A DNA stretch of 63,415 nucleotides, counting the filler, from Folioceros fuciformis (taxonomy: Eukaryota), in the NCBI GenBank assembly GCA_049999805.1. It is 8 parts of 8 records of this genome, joined end to end, with 100 filler letters (N's around TTAATTAATTAA, not from the genome) between each part and the next. Parts side by side here need not be neighbours in the genome. Positions count along the whole stretch, not along the records: positions 1 to 8,390 come from JBNGIO010003422.1; positions 8,491 to 29,218 come from JBNGIO010003425.1; 6 more parts are not named here. One strand, written 5' to 3'. Position 1 is the first letter of the stretch. Every line of letters begins with the position of its first letter. The notes below the pieces were generated by a model that had not been told where the DNA came from, searched no databases, and was given only the letters and a program-made list of their open reading frames with translations. This document shows, piece by piece, positions 1 to 12,511 of this stretch. Position numbers and translations under genes: made by a program.

Positions 1-56
1 GGATGGCTGGGTCAGAGCAGCACGCACAGGCTCTAAGAGCTGCAGAGAACGATAGT

Positions 57-90
57 GAAGGAAGGAAGGAAGGAAGGAAGGAAGGAAGGA
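57..90. repeat. (GAAG)n microsatellite
   Basis: About 8 consecutive GAAG units read directly. Confidence 0.9.
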
Positions 91-3000
91 AGGAGAGGAA
101 GGGCAGGGCAGGGAAGGTGAGGGGAGGGATGAACCTCTGGACGGAACAAGGACGCACAGAGAGGCAGATGGGACTGTCTCGAGAGAGACTGTGTCCTGCA
201 GCACCACAGGCACAGCTACAGCTACAGCTAGACGGTGTGAGAGTGGTGAAGTGCACTGCGCTGCAGCACAGCACAATACTGCACTGCACTAGCAGGCCTG
301 CAGTGTGGTGAGAGCAGGTCTGGGAGTGCGAACCCTTGCAAGCGAGCTAGATTATATAGCAGGGCGAGGGGTGTGAGGTGCACATGGCGTCTCTCTCTTC
401 CTCCTCCCTTTCGCTCATCTCAGAGGCGGGAGGTGGTCGCATCGGGCGCAGCATCCATGGAGAGGGCGGATTCGAGGACGGCGCGGTGGTGAGTGAGTGA
501 GTGAATGAGACTATCCCTGCACCAGGGCGTGAGTCCGGGGGAGGCAGGCGCATGAGCAGGCAAAGCACCTCTCAAACCAATGCACAAGCTGGAGTGTTAG
601 GAGACAGGTCGTCTTGTGCCTTCTCCTCTGGGCTCTTTGATCACCATCATTCACTCATTCATCAAGCTCTCCAGCTCCCCCGAATTTGTGCTGCAGTGTG
701 GTGGGAGCAGGATCAGTGGCAGCGGCAGTTGGTGGCGGGCCCCATCCTTTCTGCATTTGTTGTACACAGCGTAGAGTACAGTACATATGTATGCCAAACT
801 CCTCTCTCTCTCTTTCTTTGCTCATGTGTGTTGTGGAAGGGGGGATGGGCACCGTGCTTGAACCCAATTGCGGGCCCTAAAACTGACACGATACGACAAT
901 GCCGCTTCGCCTGGAGGGAGACGCGGAGTCCAGCCCTCGGTACTGCGAGTGCGAGTCCGAGAGCGAGTGGGGGCCAGGCCCAGGGCCCTCATCAGCTCCC
1001 CTTGTTTTCCGTCTGTTCCGAACTTCCTCCCCCCAACCCCCCGAGTCCGAATCTGGCATTGTCGATGAGCATGGACCCGAATGCGGAATGTCGGGGGGGT
1101 GGCCCAGGCCCAGGCTTCCTTCTGTCTTCACCTCTTGCATGATCCTGGGTGTCCAGTCCAGCCTGTGGTCCAGTCCGGTCGTGTGCGCGCCTGTGACTTG
1201 CACTTTCTTTTTTCGAATTCCTTTCCAGCAAGCCAAGCCCGGCCTGAGAGAAGAGAGGCTGATGAGCCTGGAGCGGCAGTTGGGGAAGGCTGGCGCAGCT
1301 ATCTGCTCATTCCGGACCCTGCAAATGCGCATGCGCCGCATGTGACAACACCTCGCCCCCACCCCGCCCCCGCGCCCCCTCCCCCTCCTCGCCCGACTCA
1401 CCACTCCATGCCCTCACGCTTCGTTTCCAGCAAAAAGAGAAACAGAAAGGAAAGTAGCATCCTCTTCTCCTTTTTTCTCACTTCCGCATACACATACAGA
1501 CACATGGCAGTGCATACCATGGATGCGATATATACATGAGCCATTATGATGGCGTGCAGAGGACGTCACGACACGACGGCCGCGACAGGGTCTGGTACCT
1601 CGCTAGGGCAAAACAGCTGGACGCTGCAGGGGCACGGCTGGGCAGGGCAGAACAAAGCAGAGCAGGCAGCTAGCAACAGCCCTACTACACACCGAGCCAC
1701 ATGGTAGCGTACGATTCCAACGCCTCAAGCAAGGAGCAAGTAGAAGTAGCAAGTAACAAGCAGCCCGCAGACAGCAGCAGGTCGTGAAATCCTTGGACAA
1801 TCGTAAGCGAATCGTCATCAGCGAGGGAAGGAACGATCCCACACGATGAGTGCCCGTCGCCCACACTTCATTCCTCGTAACGACATGCCATCCTGCTGTT
1901 CTCGTACTTTGGAAGCTAGGCTAGATATTGGCCGCCCTCGCCTTTAAGGCTACCCAGCTGGCCATGTAAACACATCACCATGCAGTACTCCTCGTCACTC
2001 AATCTCTCTTCCTCCCAGTTGCGATCCTATTAATGCTTGCTCCATGCAGCAGATGGAATTTGGAACGCATGCTCATGTACTTCACTTAGACTGCATGTGT
2101 AAAGTAAGTATGTATTTACATGGCAAAAATCGTACCAAACCAATGCCACACATACTTACATACATGCAGTGCCTGTCCGAGGCAGGCTGTGTGGTTGGAG
2201 TGGCAAGGCAAGGGAATATACTGTACGCTGTAAAGGGCTATGGCCAATCGCAATGTTCTGTGCTCTGTTTTGTGTCGGACCAGCTGGGCAACGTCCGCAC
2301 ATGTTGCAGTAGGCTGCCTCTACTCTGCTCTATTCCTTTCGGGTGATCTACAATGCAGGCACAGAGGAGGCAATTCTAGGGCCACCGGCCCACAGGCAAG
2401 GCAAGGCCACGCCAGGCCAGGCCATGCCAGGCTAAGGGTCCCACTCTTCAGGGTCTGACATCCATTCACCTATCCACCACCCACCCTCTGGCCTGTCAAG
2501 TCACGGCCTGTGGGCCTCATCGCCCTCTTTTCCTCCTCACAGTCACAGACCAGCCAACCAGACAGGGGACGCAAGGCAAGGCAAGGAAAAACGATTCCCT
2601 CGTCTAGGCCAAGGCCCTCCTGCTCCTGCTCCTGGCCCTGGCTCATCAGTCCCAGGCACCGACCAGAACCCACCATCGGGCTCCGCTCCGGGATGACGGC
2701 CACCAGACAAGGGCCCTATTTTCTGGATTCCCCTCCCAAGCCTTCAACATACCCGCCTCCGCCACCTACGTACATATGTATGTACATGCACAAGCCTCCC
2801 TTTTCCATCTATGCCCGTTCCCGACTCTCTCTCTCCATCACTCTCTCTCATGTCACTTAACTGATAACTACCACATCACCTTTCGAGAGTTGCCGACCAT
2901 CCGTTTATCGTCTCATCATCCAGCCTCCACAGCGTCTCACGCCAGATTTGCCCTTCACATGACCTCCTATTCTCTTCGACAGTACAAAACACTCTTTCCA

Positions 3001-3311
3001 CGCCACCGGACACCCTCCATGCTGACAATCTTGTCATCAAATGCCCCGCACCATGAACTGTCATAGCTGGCACAACACAACCCACACCTTCTTCACTGTC
3101 TCTGGAATCGCATCCTAGGCCAGGCTAGCTGGCTGGCCTTACGACATCCTTCGTCCCATTCAGCATCCGCGCTCGCATGATGGATTCAAGTTCACCACCT
3201 GCTAAACTACTCCAAAAGTCCTTACCCGACGCACCGCCAGCCACATTCTTGCTCGCACCAGACCAGGTATGTGGATATCCCAACACCCAGCCTCCTCTAG
3301 ACCCGGGATCC

Positions 3312-6056
3312 CTACTCGCTACTTGCCTCTTCTTCCGCCACGGCTTCAAATGTTCGCTTCACAGCATCGTACACCCACCTGCCAAATCCAACATCCACAT
3401 CGTCGACCACCTGCTTACCCATCACAGCATAAATTATCACAGCTTTGGAAACATGGAGCCGCAGGAGCTACATGCTTGCACTATACCTGCACGCAAAAAT
3501 GGGACACATCCCTCCTCCAGGTGTGACACCCTTTTCAACCGCTTCTCCTCGCTTTTGCACCTCCGCACAGTACTGCGCGTGGTGCAACACTTGGCAGCGA
3601 CCTTGGATGGACGCCAACGGGTTGTCGTCACAATGATTTGATTCATACACCTGAATGCACGCACGTTCAACATGTGCCTGCATCAGTTTGTGCCTACATC
3701 CTACAACCATTACACCTTCAAACGCAGAACTGAAAACAAATTTCACATTCCAAGGAAGATCATATCGACCAAAACTCTTTCTTCTACACAACCAGGAGCA
3801 AAAGTCTGCACTCAATTCGCTCACCACACACACCTCATCATGGTCTGGTTCCGAAGGCCGGACGGTATGCATTGGGATGTCAGAAGGATGGTAACACCAA
3901 CTCACTCTCGCCCATTTTGAACCCTGTTCTGTGTCTTCCCAAAGGCTCTGCAAACAGAATCCTTCTGCTTCACGTTCCCTCAAATCACACGCAACATTTA
4001 AACTGCTGGTGCAGTACCGACATGCCAGGCACCACACATCATACCTGAAGCCGGGCAATGTATGGAGCAGCAGTACTTGACTCAGGTTGAAACAATGCAA
4101 AATCGTCCTGCTTGAACACATGGTTCCCAACCCTACATGCTCCGTAGTAAACTCTTCCCTGCACTTCATGCAGCACCTTCCCGACCCAATCCATAACATG
4201 TAGATCTTCGCTTGATCCTTGCTCCTGGTCCCTGAGATCGACGACAGTACTAGCGTCCGCCACCTTCTCAGGTACACCACAACGTGTCTCTCCCTCTTCA
4301 ACTCTAGAAGCAATCTCATCAGACGCAGCACCCTCCTCTGCTTCTCCTCTACTAACCGTGTCACCACCACGATACACTCCTTTGCTTTGGGCATCCAGCA
4401 AAGGCAGGGTGCTATAAGGAGGCCCATTACTCTCAGCATCCACTTCCGTCCGGAAGCCACCTTCCCGGCCAACATTGGAGCTCCTGGTCTGAACCCTTGT
4501 CTGACCTGTTGAGCAACTACTGCTGCACTTTACATTGGTGTGCACTGGTGAGCACCCTTCTTTCCCCTGTTTTCTGGGATCCCTTCTTGACTTAGACTCT
4601 ACCTTCCCACGAACCTGAGAACTTGGAAACTCAGTGTCAACCACCGCAACCCCACGTTGGGCCGCATTCAAAAGTTTATGGTCAATCTGCAAATAACGCA
4701 CAGTCTCACCTTTCGTAGGACTTTGCCCGCCAAGTGACGTCCCTGTAGACGTGACCGTCGTCTGGTGGGAGATGGGTGCAAGACTACGTCCTGCAACATG
4801 TCTGTGATGGGATTTGTGTGCATGATGAGGGATTCGCATGGGTCCATATTGGGGAGGCTGAGGACGACCCTTATGTAGTATTACACACCTGGGGCAAACC
4901 CAGTCACCTTTGGCAGCTGGTCGCGCATTGAAATTGAGGAGACACACCACATGGTAAGCGCAGTCACAACTGTCACAGAGGAGAACACTGGCTGCATCTT
5001 TCGCCACACGCTGGCACATCTCACAGGGAATCGGTGGTGTCATGAACGAAGTTGATGACACCACCCGGTCCGAAGGACGCGCCCTCACGGATTTCATCGT
5101 CTGCATCACATACCGCTGCACGGCTTGCCTTAGCTGCTTCCTGTACGCTTCCTGTCCCAGTACCAGGCTTGCATCAGCCGGGAGGCCAAACACCGCAGCC
5201 GTGTCACTCCTCCCACTACGTCCCATAAACTGGGACAAAGCCCCAAGACGGTTCCAACAAGCGCCCAAATCGCCCGCTCCAGCCGCACACAATGTCATCA
5301 TCTCCCCATGCCAACTCCCGTTCCCTGAGCTTCTGGCTTCGTCGTCAAGTGCCCAGTCCGACGAGCAATCCATGGGGTCGCCTTCCGACGACGCCGATTC
5401 CGGACCGTCCTCATCTTCATGCCATCGCAGAAAGTTGGAAAATCAGCTTACCTTCTTCGCTTGCACAAATTACGCTAAGTCTGTACAAGAGCTGCACACT
5501 GTATGCAAACAGCATACCAGACAAGAATCGTGCGGAGGTGGCAGGATCAAAGCACTCCACCACGGCCTCTGCCGTGCCTGGCCTGAACCCGCCAATTCTC
5601 TGCACCCGGAAACTGACCGGACATGAGAAGCCGCAAATTGCGTTGCGAGTGCACTCACACAAGCCCCCAGTGAAGCCGCCACACGAGACGCCATCCAGCA
5701 AGCCGCCTACAGCACTAGCCTCGCCTTACCTGGCACTCGGTCCCCAAGCCGAGGTCTCGGATCAGCGACTCCACTGCCTTCCCGGACACCAGGAGCTCAG
5801 GAGCAACGCATTCCGTGAGAACACTCAAATTGCGAAAGGCCTTGGCCGCAAGACTGCGCTCTTTAGTGCCAGGAGGCTTTCCAGCACGCAGCTGAGCCAT
5901 TCCTGCCAACAGCATCACAATTTCAGCCGTGCGCCGGATCTTCTTGTCCTGACACCATCCCGCATCTTGCCTGCCTCGCTTGCCAAGCCCTGCAACAGCC
6001 GCTCCCAAATCCCGCGCCCGCCCCTCCTCGCCTTCGTCCCGGGCAGTTGCAGGCAT
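3312..6056 (-). CDS. Multi-exon PHD-finger + C-terminal BAH-domain chromatin reader
   Basis: PHD C4HC3 (CEMC..LLCDSCDCAYHVVC..WVCPRC) in ORF 4039-5373. BAH pieces over GT-AG exons (YYGACRVGNHVFKQDDFALF..PYIARLQ / SLWED..KWARVSWCYHP / VYESNH / WVYD..stop at 3312). N-terminal exon AEIVMLLAGM..LIRDLGL from ATG 6056. Splicing at 5370-5730 is uncertain. Confidence 0.8.
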
Positions 6057-6454
6057 CTTGTAGCATCGCCCCACGAGCCTGCCAAGTGCCACCCACCACG
6101 GACATCACCCATGCAATCCCTGCGCACTGCGTATGCCCAGACAGCAAGCAGCCAAACCAGCTCACGTGTCACGCTCTGATGCGATTCGTCTCCTCTGCCC
6201 TCTAGAGAGCTCTCTCGCATTGTAAACCCACTACAAGGTAGGTATACGTACGGATGAAGTCCCATACATGCAAACTTACTCGCTTTTCTCCTCTACAACT
6301 TTTCCCTATTTTTCATACCACAAATAATATTAAATATATTTATCGACAACAGTTCCCAAGACGTTCCCTAATTACTAACCTTCTTTCTGTGATCAAATAA
6401 ATATCACGGTTGGTTGTAAGTCATAGCGGACGATCCATTTCGGTTTAGACTGGA

Positions 6455-8305
6455 TTAAAATGCATAGGTTGGAATATATGGTTCCTCACAGTACTGTAAG
6501 GTAGTGATGTTATCAAAGCTTTGTAGGCAAAATAAACCCAAAATAATTATCGAAAGCCTTTCAAGCTCAGTGAACACGATATAAAATACCAAAAGCAGAA
6601 ATAAAGGATGTTGGCTAATCCACACTCTGCGATGCTGAATGCAAGAGAATTTGTTTTCAAATCCCATGCCAATCAACTCTCCCAATAATAAGGTGCTTAA
6701 TTGAACCATCATATTTGTCGCAACGGTCCACAAATCGGCACCGACTCCGGCTGTGTATGAAATATTTCCGGAGATATAAATCATGGATACAGTCACGACA
6801 CCCACGACCTCAGTAAACATGTCGACAAATTGGAACGTGGCTCGTAAGTCGCGACTAATTTGACTATCTTGAATTCTTTTGGCGTGATACTTACTAGTGA
6901 ACAAGTGATACAGCCAGTCATCTTTGTCCTTTGTTGTTAGTCGAGCTCCAATATCCAATAGCATTAACATGATGTTAATCACAATGATGTCTCCAATGCT
7001 CGAAAGAGATGACAAGAGAAATCTACCGATAAATGCATTGAAAAATCGAGGGCGCATCATGAGGATGGCGCTATGGACTGAGAAGGAGTGTTGATGAAAT
7101 AATGCCTGAACAGCTATGCGGACTCCCGTCTCATGAATGGCCCATATGAAGGGATGGATAAACAGGCGGATCACTGCCTTCTGAAGGTTGGTGCTGGCGT
7201 GAGTGAAACTTAGAGGCAGTAAAGCTTCGTAGAGAGGGATCATTAGAACCTGTAATATGCTTTGTATCCAGAGTAACCAAAATGGGTAATACAGATGATT
7301 GACATGGCTTATCTGACACATTTTTTGAATAGAGAACATGGCAATTATTTGCAAGGGAAGCTGCACAGCTAGGATTCCTCCGATCGATGAAGTGGGTCTC
7401 TTACTTATAACATTTATGAGAGCAATAAAGGTGAGCTGCAAGATGATGATACAAGGTAGAACCAACCATTCTCTGCGACTCAAGGCATTTCTGCCATACA
7501 TGAAAAGCAAGATTATAAAATAGATGGGTACTTCCATCACTGATCTTCCACTGTAGTAGCCTAAATACTTGTAGTTGTCTATGGTGGTCATGTTTTGGTG
7601 ATCAATGTAAAGTAAACAGTCCCTTAGAGCTTTTGATTTCGTCCATGTTGCATTATTGTCTACGTTCACATAATCACATCTGTTTACATCTTTCGTTGTC
7701 TTGGTGAAAACAATGGCACTCATGGCTATTGTGAAAGAAATGGACCAGGTGAACATTGCACCGAATGCGCCAAGAAGATCTGCAACAACCTCGCGAGTCG
7801 AGTATGGATCNNNNNNNNNNNNNNNNNNNNNNNNNNNNNNNNNNNNNNNNNNNNNNNNNNNNNNNNNNNNNNNNNNNNNNNNNNNNNNNNNNNNNNNNNN
7901 NNNNNNNNNNCAAGGAAAACTTTTGTTGTTGTGTTAAGTCCAAACTCATTCGAGATCTTCTATGAGCTAATCCTGATGTTTCTACAATATGTTTAGTGAG
8001 CCCTTGCATTGTGTCAAACAATGATTTTTTCCTACTCTTTGGGTAGACATTCACGAATGCTGAAAATCTTGAAGAAATTGTAGACATCTTAGGCATCACA
8101 TTTGCCTTTTCAGTTGAAAGTCTACCAGAAGATTGAGAAGTTCTAGAATTTGATCTTGCTTTCTCAGTTCTTTTCTTGGAAAGACTAGTTTTTGAAGAAC
8201 TTAATTTTGTTTCTTTGAACATAGCCTTCTTTTTATTTGTCCCTAAATTCGTTTGAACTACAACTTTCTCTGGCTTTTCAACTGTAATTGTAGGAAATGA
8301 TGCAC
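6455..8305 (-). CDS. AT-rich multi-pass membrane protein of unknown family (5' incomplete; 100-N gap at 7811-7910)
   Basis: Open frame of 433+ codons with many hydrophobic segments, open up to the gap. The frame beyond the gap is a Ser/Lys-rich N-terminus starting at a splice acceptor (catgcag|GT, exon from 8305). Continuity across the gap is assumed. Confidence 0.7.
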
Positions 8306-8390
8306 CTGCATGTTTTCACAAAAAATTTAATATCTAAATTACCAATTAAAAATATATATAAAATTTAAGCTCAATCTATTACCCTTAGCC

Positions 8391-8490
8391 NNNNNNNNNN
8401 NNNNNNNNNNNNNNNNNNNNNNNNNNNNNNNNNNTTAATTAATTAANNNNNNNNNNNNNNNNNNNNNNNNNNNNNNNNNNNNNNNNNNNN
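8391..8490. other. Artificial scaffold-joining linker N44-TTAATTAATTAA-N44
   Basis: Six-frame stop spacer, identical at seven places. Confidence 0.97.
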
Positions 8491-8529
8491 ATTCTGAATT
8501 GCGGGGGGTGAGCTCAGCCTGCTGAAGAG

Positions 8530-10750
8530 ATGAACGGGGGTGCGGGCACGGCCGCTGGGGGCCCCGCTGACGCGGAGGGGGGAGCCGGAGCTCGCATTCC
8601 TCCGGACCTGGACCATGGGGCGTCCGAGGGAGGTGTGGACAGCAGGAGGGCGGACATCCTTGGGAAGCCCCGCATCAACTACGCCACAGCGTCGTGGGTG
8701 GAGATTTTTAAGAACAGCATGTGGCACGGCGGGTCTGTGTACGATGCTTGGCTCACCGCGACGTCGGCTCAGGTGGGTGTTGTCATTTCCCACCAGGATA
8801 GCAGGCACAGGGACCGGGATGGGGTGGGCGGCACTCATCGGTTGGAGTTGTGGGCTTGTTTAGGTGGGCTCTGTGATTCTCACTCTCCCTTACACTTTGT
8901 CTCAAATGGGATACGGGTACGGGATTAGCTTCCAGTTTCTGTATGGGGCGTTCGGAGTCTGGACGGTGTTCCTCCTCTCCTGGCTGTACTCGGAGTTCAT
9001 CTCGCGGAGAACAGCTTCAGGCTTGAATTTCCACGACAGGCATGTGGTGCAGGTGTGGTGGTCGACACGCGTATGTTGGGTGGTGATCGTGAAGTTGTGG
9101 TTTCTCTGATTCTGATCTGATGGGAATCTGCGTGTCCGTTGCCCTGGAAGTGCCACAGTACCATGAGATCATAGGTGGGTTGGTGGCCAAGTGGGCGGGT
9201 AGAGTCGTGGTGACCATCAATATGGTGTACCTCATCTTCGCCTGCACCCTGCAGTTGATCGCCTGTTCCAGGTAATGCGTTGTTGATTGTGCGCCCGAGG
9301 CTCGCCATCGGTACTAGCTAGCTATAGGGAGCAGAGGAGGAAGTCCCTGACTAGTCGTGGGCGGATTGAACTTGCTGCGCTACAGCAACATCTACTACAT
9401 GGACGACCGATGGAACAAGAGGCAGTGGCTCTACTTGTTTGGGGCTATTTCTATTCCCTCAGTGCTCATACCCACACTCCACAACTTTCGGATCGTGTCC
9501 TTACTCGGCATCCTGACCACCAGCTACACCTCTGCCTACTTGACTAAAGCCGCATTACATCGTGGCCAGGTTAGTGCTTGCCTCTGCTTTTTAGTACACT
9601 GCACAGCAGCATGAGATATTATGATAGTATCCGGGCGGGGCTCCCGTCTCTGATGCAAAGCTCGACGTCTTGTGATTGCTAGATCCAACCAGTGACGCAC
9701 CAGGGGCCCAAGGAACTGGTGCAGTTCTTCTCCGGTGCCACAAACATCCTGTTCGCCTATGGCAGCCACGGACTGGCTGTGTGAGTGACAGGCTTGGTTG
9801 GATGTCGGCTCTTCTGCTGAGAACCACGCTGTCTTTTTCATACCGCTTTGAAATTCTCTCGGACCGTGGTCTGATGTGCTTGCTGTGATGCCTGCCTCCT
9901 GTAGAGAGATCATGGAGGCAATGTGGAAACCCAAGAACTACAAGTACGCCTACACAGCTGCAGTGGCTTACACTTACCTGCTCACCCTGCCGGACTCCAT
10001 ATCCGTGTACTGGGCCTACGGGGACTACATGCTCACACACTCCAATGCTTTCGCAGTTCTGCCCGCTTCACCCGCGAAAAATGTGGCCATCATCGCCATG
10101 ATTCTCCACCAGGTGAGTTCAGTCCTGTGGTAACTTGTTCAATTGGCTGGCTGGCTGGTATTTTCGATGCATGGCCACCCACTCATCGTGCCGCTGCCGC
10201 CTGTTGCATTCAGCTGGCCTCCTTCATGACCAACATCATGCCCATCTTCTTCTTTTGGGAGAAGGTGCTAGGAATCCACACATCCAAGAACGTGTACTGG
10301 CGGCGGTCTCTCAGCAGAATCCCCATCGTCCTCATAGTGTGGTTCTTCGCCCTTGCCATACCCTTCTTCGGCCCCATCAACTCCATGATGGGAGCTTTCA
10401 TGATTTCCTTCACCGTGTACATCATTCCCAGCATCTCCTTCGTGTACTTCTACCGAACTCCCAAGGCTCGTCAGGTAATAATAAGCCAGCTGCTCCACTT
10501 GCTCCGCTCAGCTGCTACTCTGCTTTGCACTCACTAGGCTTGTGATTCCGTGCAGGCGTCCGTCTGGAAACCTCCCATATTCCTAACCTGGAACATTATG
10601 TTTGTCGTCTGTGTCATCCAAGCGCTTTGGGTTTTTGTGATCGGCTTCGGTTTTGGAGGCTGGGCCAGCGCTACCAATTTCATCCGCCAGATTCACAACT
10701 TTGGCCTCTTTGACGCATGCTACCAGTGCCCTACTAAGACAAAATCTTAG
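8530..10750 (+). CDS. LAX: AUX1/LAX-family auxin influx carrier-like protein (divergent), 8 exons
   Basis: Motifs WHGGSVYDAW, LTLPY, QLIACSSNIYY, HNFRI, GATNIL, EIMEAMWKP, HSNAF, WEKVLG, PFFGPINS, GFGFGGWAS, CYQC, separated by short GT-AG introns. Confidence 0.93.
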
Positions 10751-11347
10751 ACGTGTGTGTGCCTACAGACNNNNNNNNNNNNNNNNNNNNNNNNNNNNNN
10801 NNNNNNNNNNNNNNNNNNNNNNNNNNNNNNNNNNNNNNNNNNNNNNNNNNNNNNNNNNNNNNNNNNNNNNGAGTGTCGTTACGGGTAGTTCACTTTGCTT
10901 AACTTCAAGCTCTGAGCCAGTGAATGAGCCATCTGGAAGAGTTGTCCACCAGTCATTGGTGCAAGTACAGATATGGGAGTCCATTTCGTCTCACAACAGT
11001 GTACGTGTCCCAAAGGGCCTATCTTCACTCATTGCAGCGTGACGCCCTTGGCAAGAACAGACACTGCTGGCAGGCAGGTAAGGAGATCAGCAATCCTTTG
11101 AAGGATCCGGTTGTTAGTCATCTCTTTGACTACATACAAGGCTAGCCAGACTCCAGCTACTTTCTACAAAGTAACCATCGACGAATTGTAACATATTACA
11201 GGCACCTACTGTCTTCCCACAGTCACACTAAGAATACAAAATCTTTACACAAAAAATGGGAGGGAAAAGGTGAAAGAGCAACATCATTTGCAGCAACAGA
11301 GCTGCCGCCGAGCATGTAGTTCAAAGGGAAGCAGATATCCACAGCGC

Positions 11348-12511
11348 CTAAGATGCGTTAGCACCAGCAACAATCTCCAAGATCTCTCCCGTAATCTTAG
11401 CCTGCCTTTGCCTATTGTACGAGATGGACAGGTTCTTCTTCAAGTCCGCAGCATTGTCACTGGCATTGTTCATGGCATTCATCCGAGCCGCCAGCTCGCT
11501 GGCAATCGACTCCTGGAGTGCACGCAGGATCTGGCTGTTCAAGTACAGCGGCAACAACGCGTCCAAGATCTGCACGGGTTCCTGCTCAAACTGCAAAACT
11601 GCGGTAAACTCCGGGGTGGGAGTCCTCACGGTTTCCCTCTCCACGCTAAATTTACCTTCCTTGGTGGTCAGGCGGAACATCTCATCATTGGCAGCATCCA
11701 CGCAGTTGCCGTTGATGTCACAAACCTCTCCTTGAGGGGACAGAGGCAACAGAGTGTGAATCACAGGGTCAGACTTGACCAAGGACACGAACTTGGTGTA
11801 AAGAAGCTCCACCTTGTCCACCTCCTCGCTCACGAACAGAGAGAACAGCTCGTCCGCAATAACCTGCGCATCCCTAGTGGTAGGAGCGTTGCCGGCATCC
11901 AAGAACTTGTCCACCGGAATATGATCCCGTCTCCTGAAGTAGGTGTTTCCCTTCTTGCCAACACTGACTACGGTGAAGGCAACCCCTATTTTCCTTAGCT
12001 CCCTCATCCTCTCCTCCGCCTTCTTCAACACATAGTTGTTGAATCCGCCGCACAGACCCCTGTCCCCTGTGAGCACCACAAGCGCAATCTTCTTCACAGG
12101 ACGCACTTGCGTGAGCGGGATATCGATGTCCTCGTTTTGGAGCTGCGCGTTCACGTTGAACAGAACCTTCACCAGGTTCTCAGAGAAGGGACGACCGTTC
12201 ACCACAGCCTCCTGCGCCCGCCGCACCTTAGCCGCGGCCACCAGCTTCATGGCGTCCGTGATCTTCTGCGTGTTCTTGACAGTGGCGATACGGTCTCGCA
12301 AGTCCTTGAGACTGCATACCGTCACGGCACGCCCCGCAGGACACTTTCTCTCCAGCTCCGCGCCAAGGTCGCAGACCTCCGAGGTGCGCAGTGCTAGCGA
12401 GCGGCTGGACAGGCCTTCAAAGGAGCCGAAAGCCTTCTTGCCGCCGCTCTGCCTCTGCGGAGCGGCAGTGGCCATTGACAGGGATGAGGCACAAGCCATG
12501 GCTGCCGCCAT
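11348..12511 (-). CDS. ATPC: Chloroplast ATP synthase gamma subunit, intronless, with transit peptide
   Basis: LKDLRDRIATVKNTQKITDAMKLVAAAKVRRAQ, TGDRGLCGGFN, redox insert VCDINGNCVD, RQAKITGEILEIVAGA. Confidence 0.98.
   Translation of the reverse strand: MAAAMACASSLSMATAAPQRQSGGKKAFGSFEGLSSRSLALRTSEVCDLGAELERKCPAGRAVTVCSLKDLRDRIATVKNTQKITDAMKLVAAAKVRRAQEAVVNGRPFSENLVKVLFNVNAQLQNEDIDIPLTQVRPVKKIALVVLTGDRGLCGGFNNYVLKKAEERMRELRKIGVAFTVVSVGKKGNTYFRRRDHIPVDKFLDAGNAPTTRDAQVIADELFSLFVSEEVDKVELLYTKFVSLVKSDPVIHTLLPLSPQGEVCDINGNCVDAANDEMFRLTTKEGKFSVERETVRTPTPEFTAVLQFEQEPVQILDALLPLYLNSQILRALQESIASELAARMNAMNNASDNAADLKKNLSISYNRQRQAKITGEILEIVAGANAS

Noticed and set aside
1-3200. Many 100-200 aa ORFs in GC-rich, microsatellite-laden sequence
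   Set aside because: Low complexity, overlapping in all frames, no recognisable domain; probably UTR/promoter or intergenic.
5042-6179. Long + strand ORFs (194 and 295 aa)
   Set aside because: Antisense shadows of the PHD-BAH gene.
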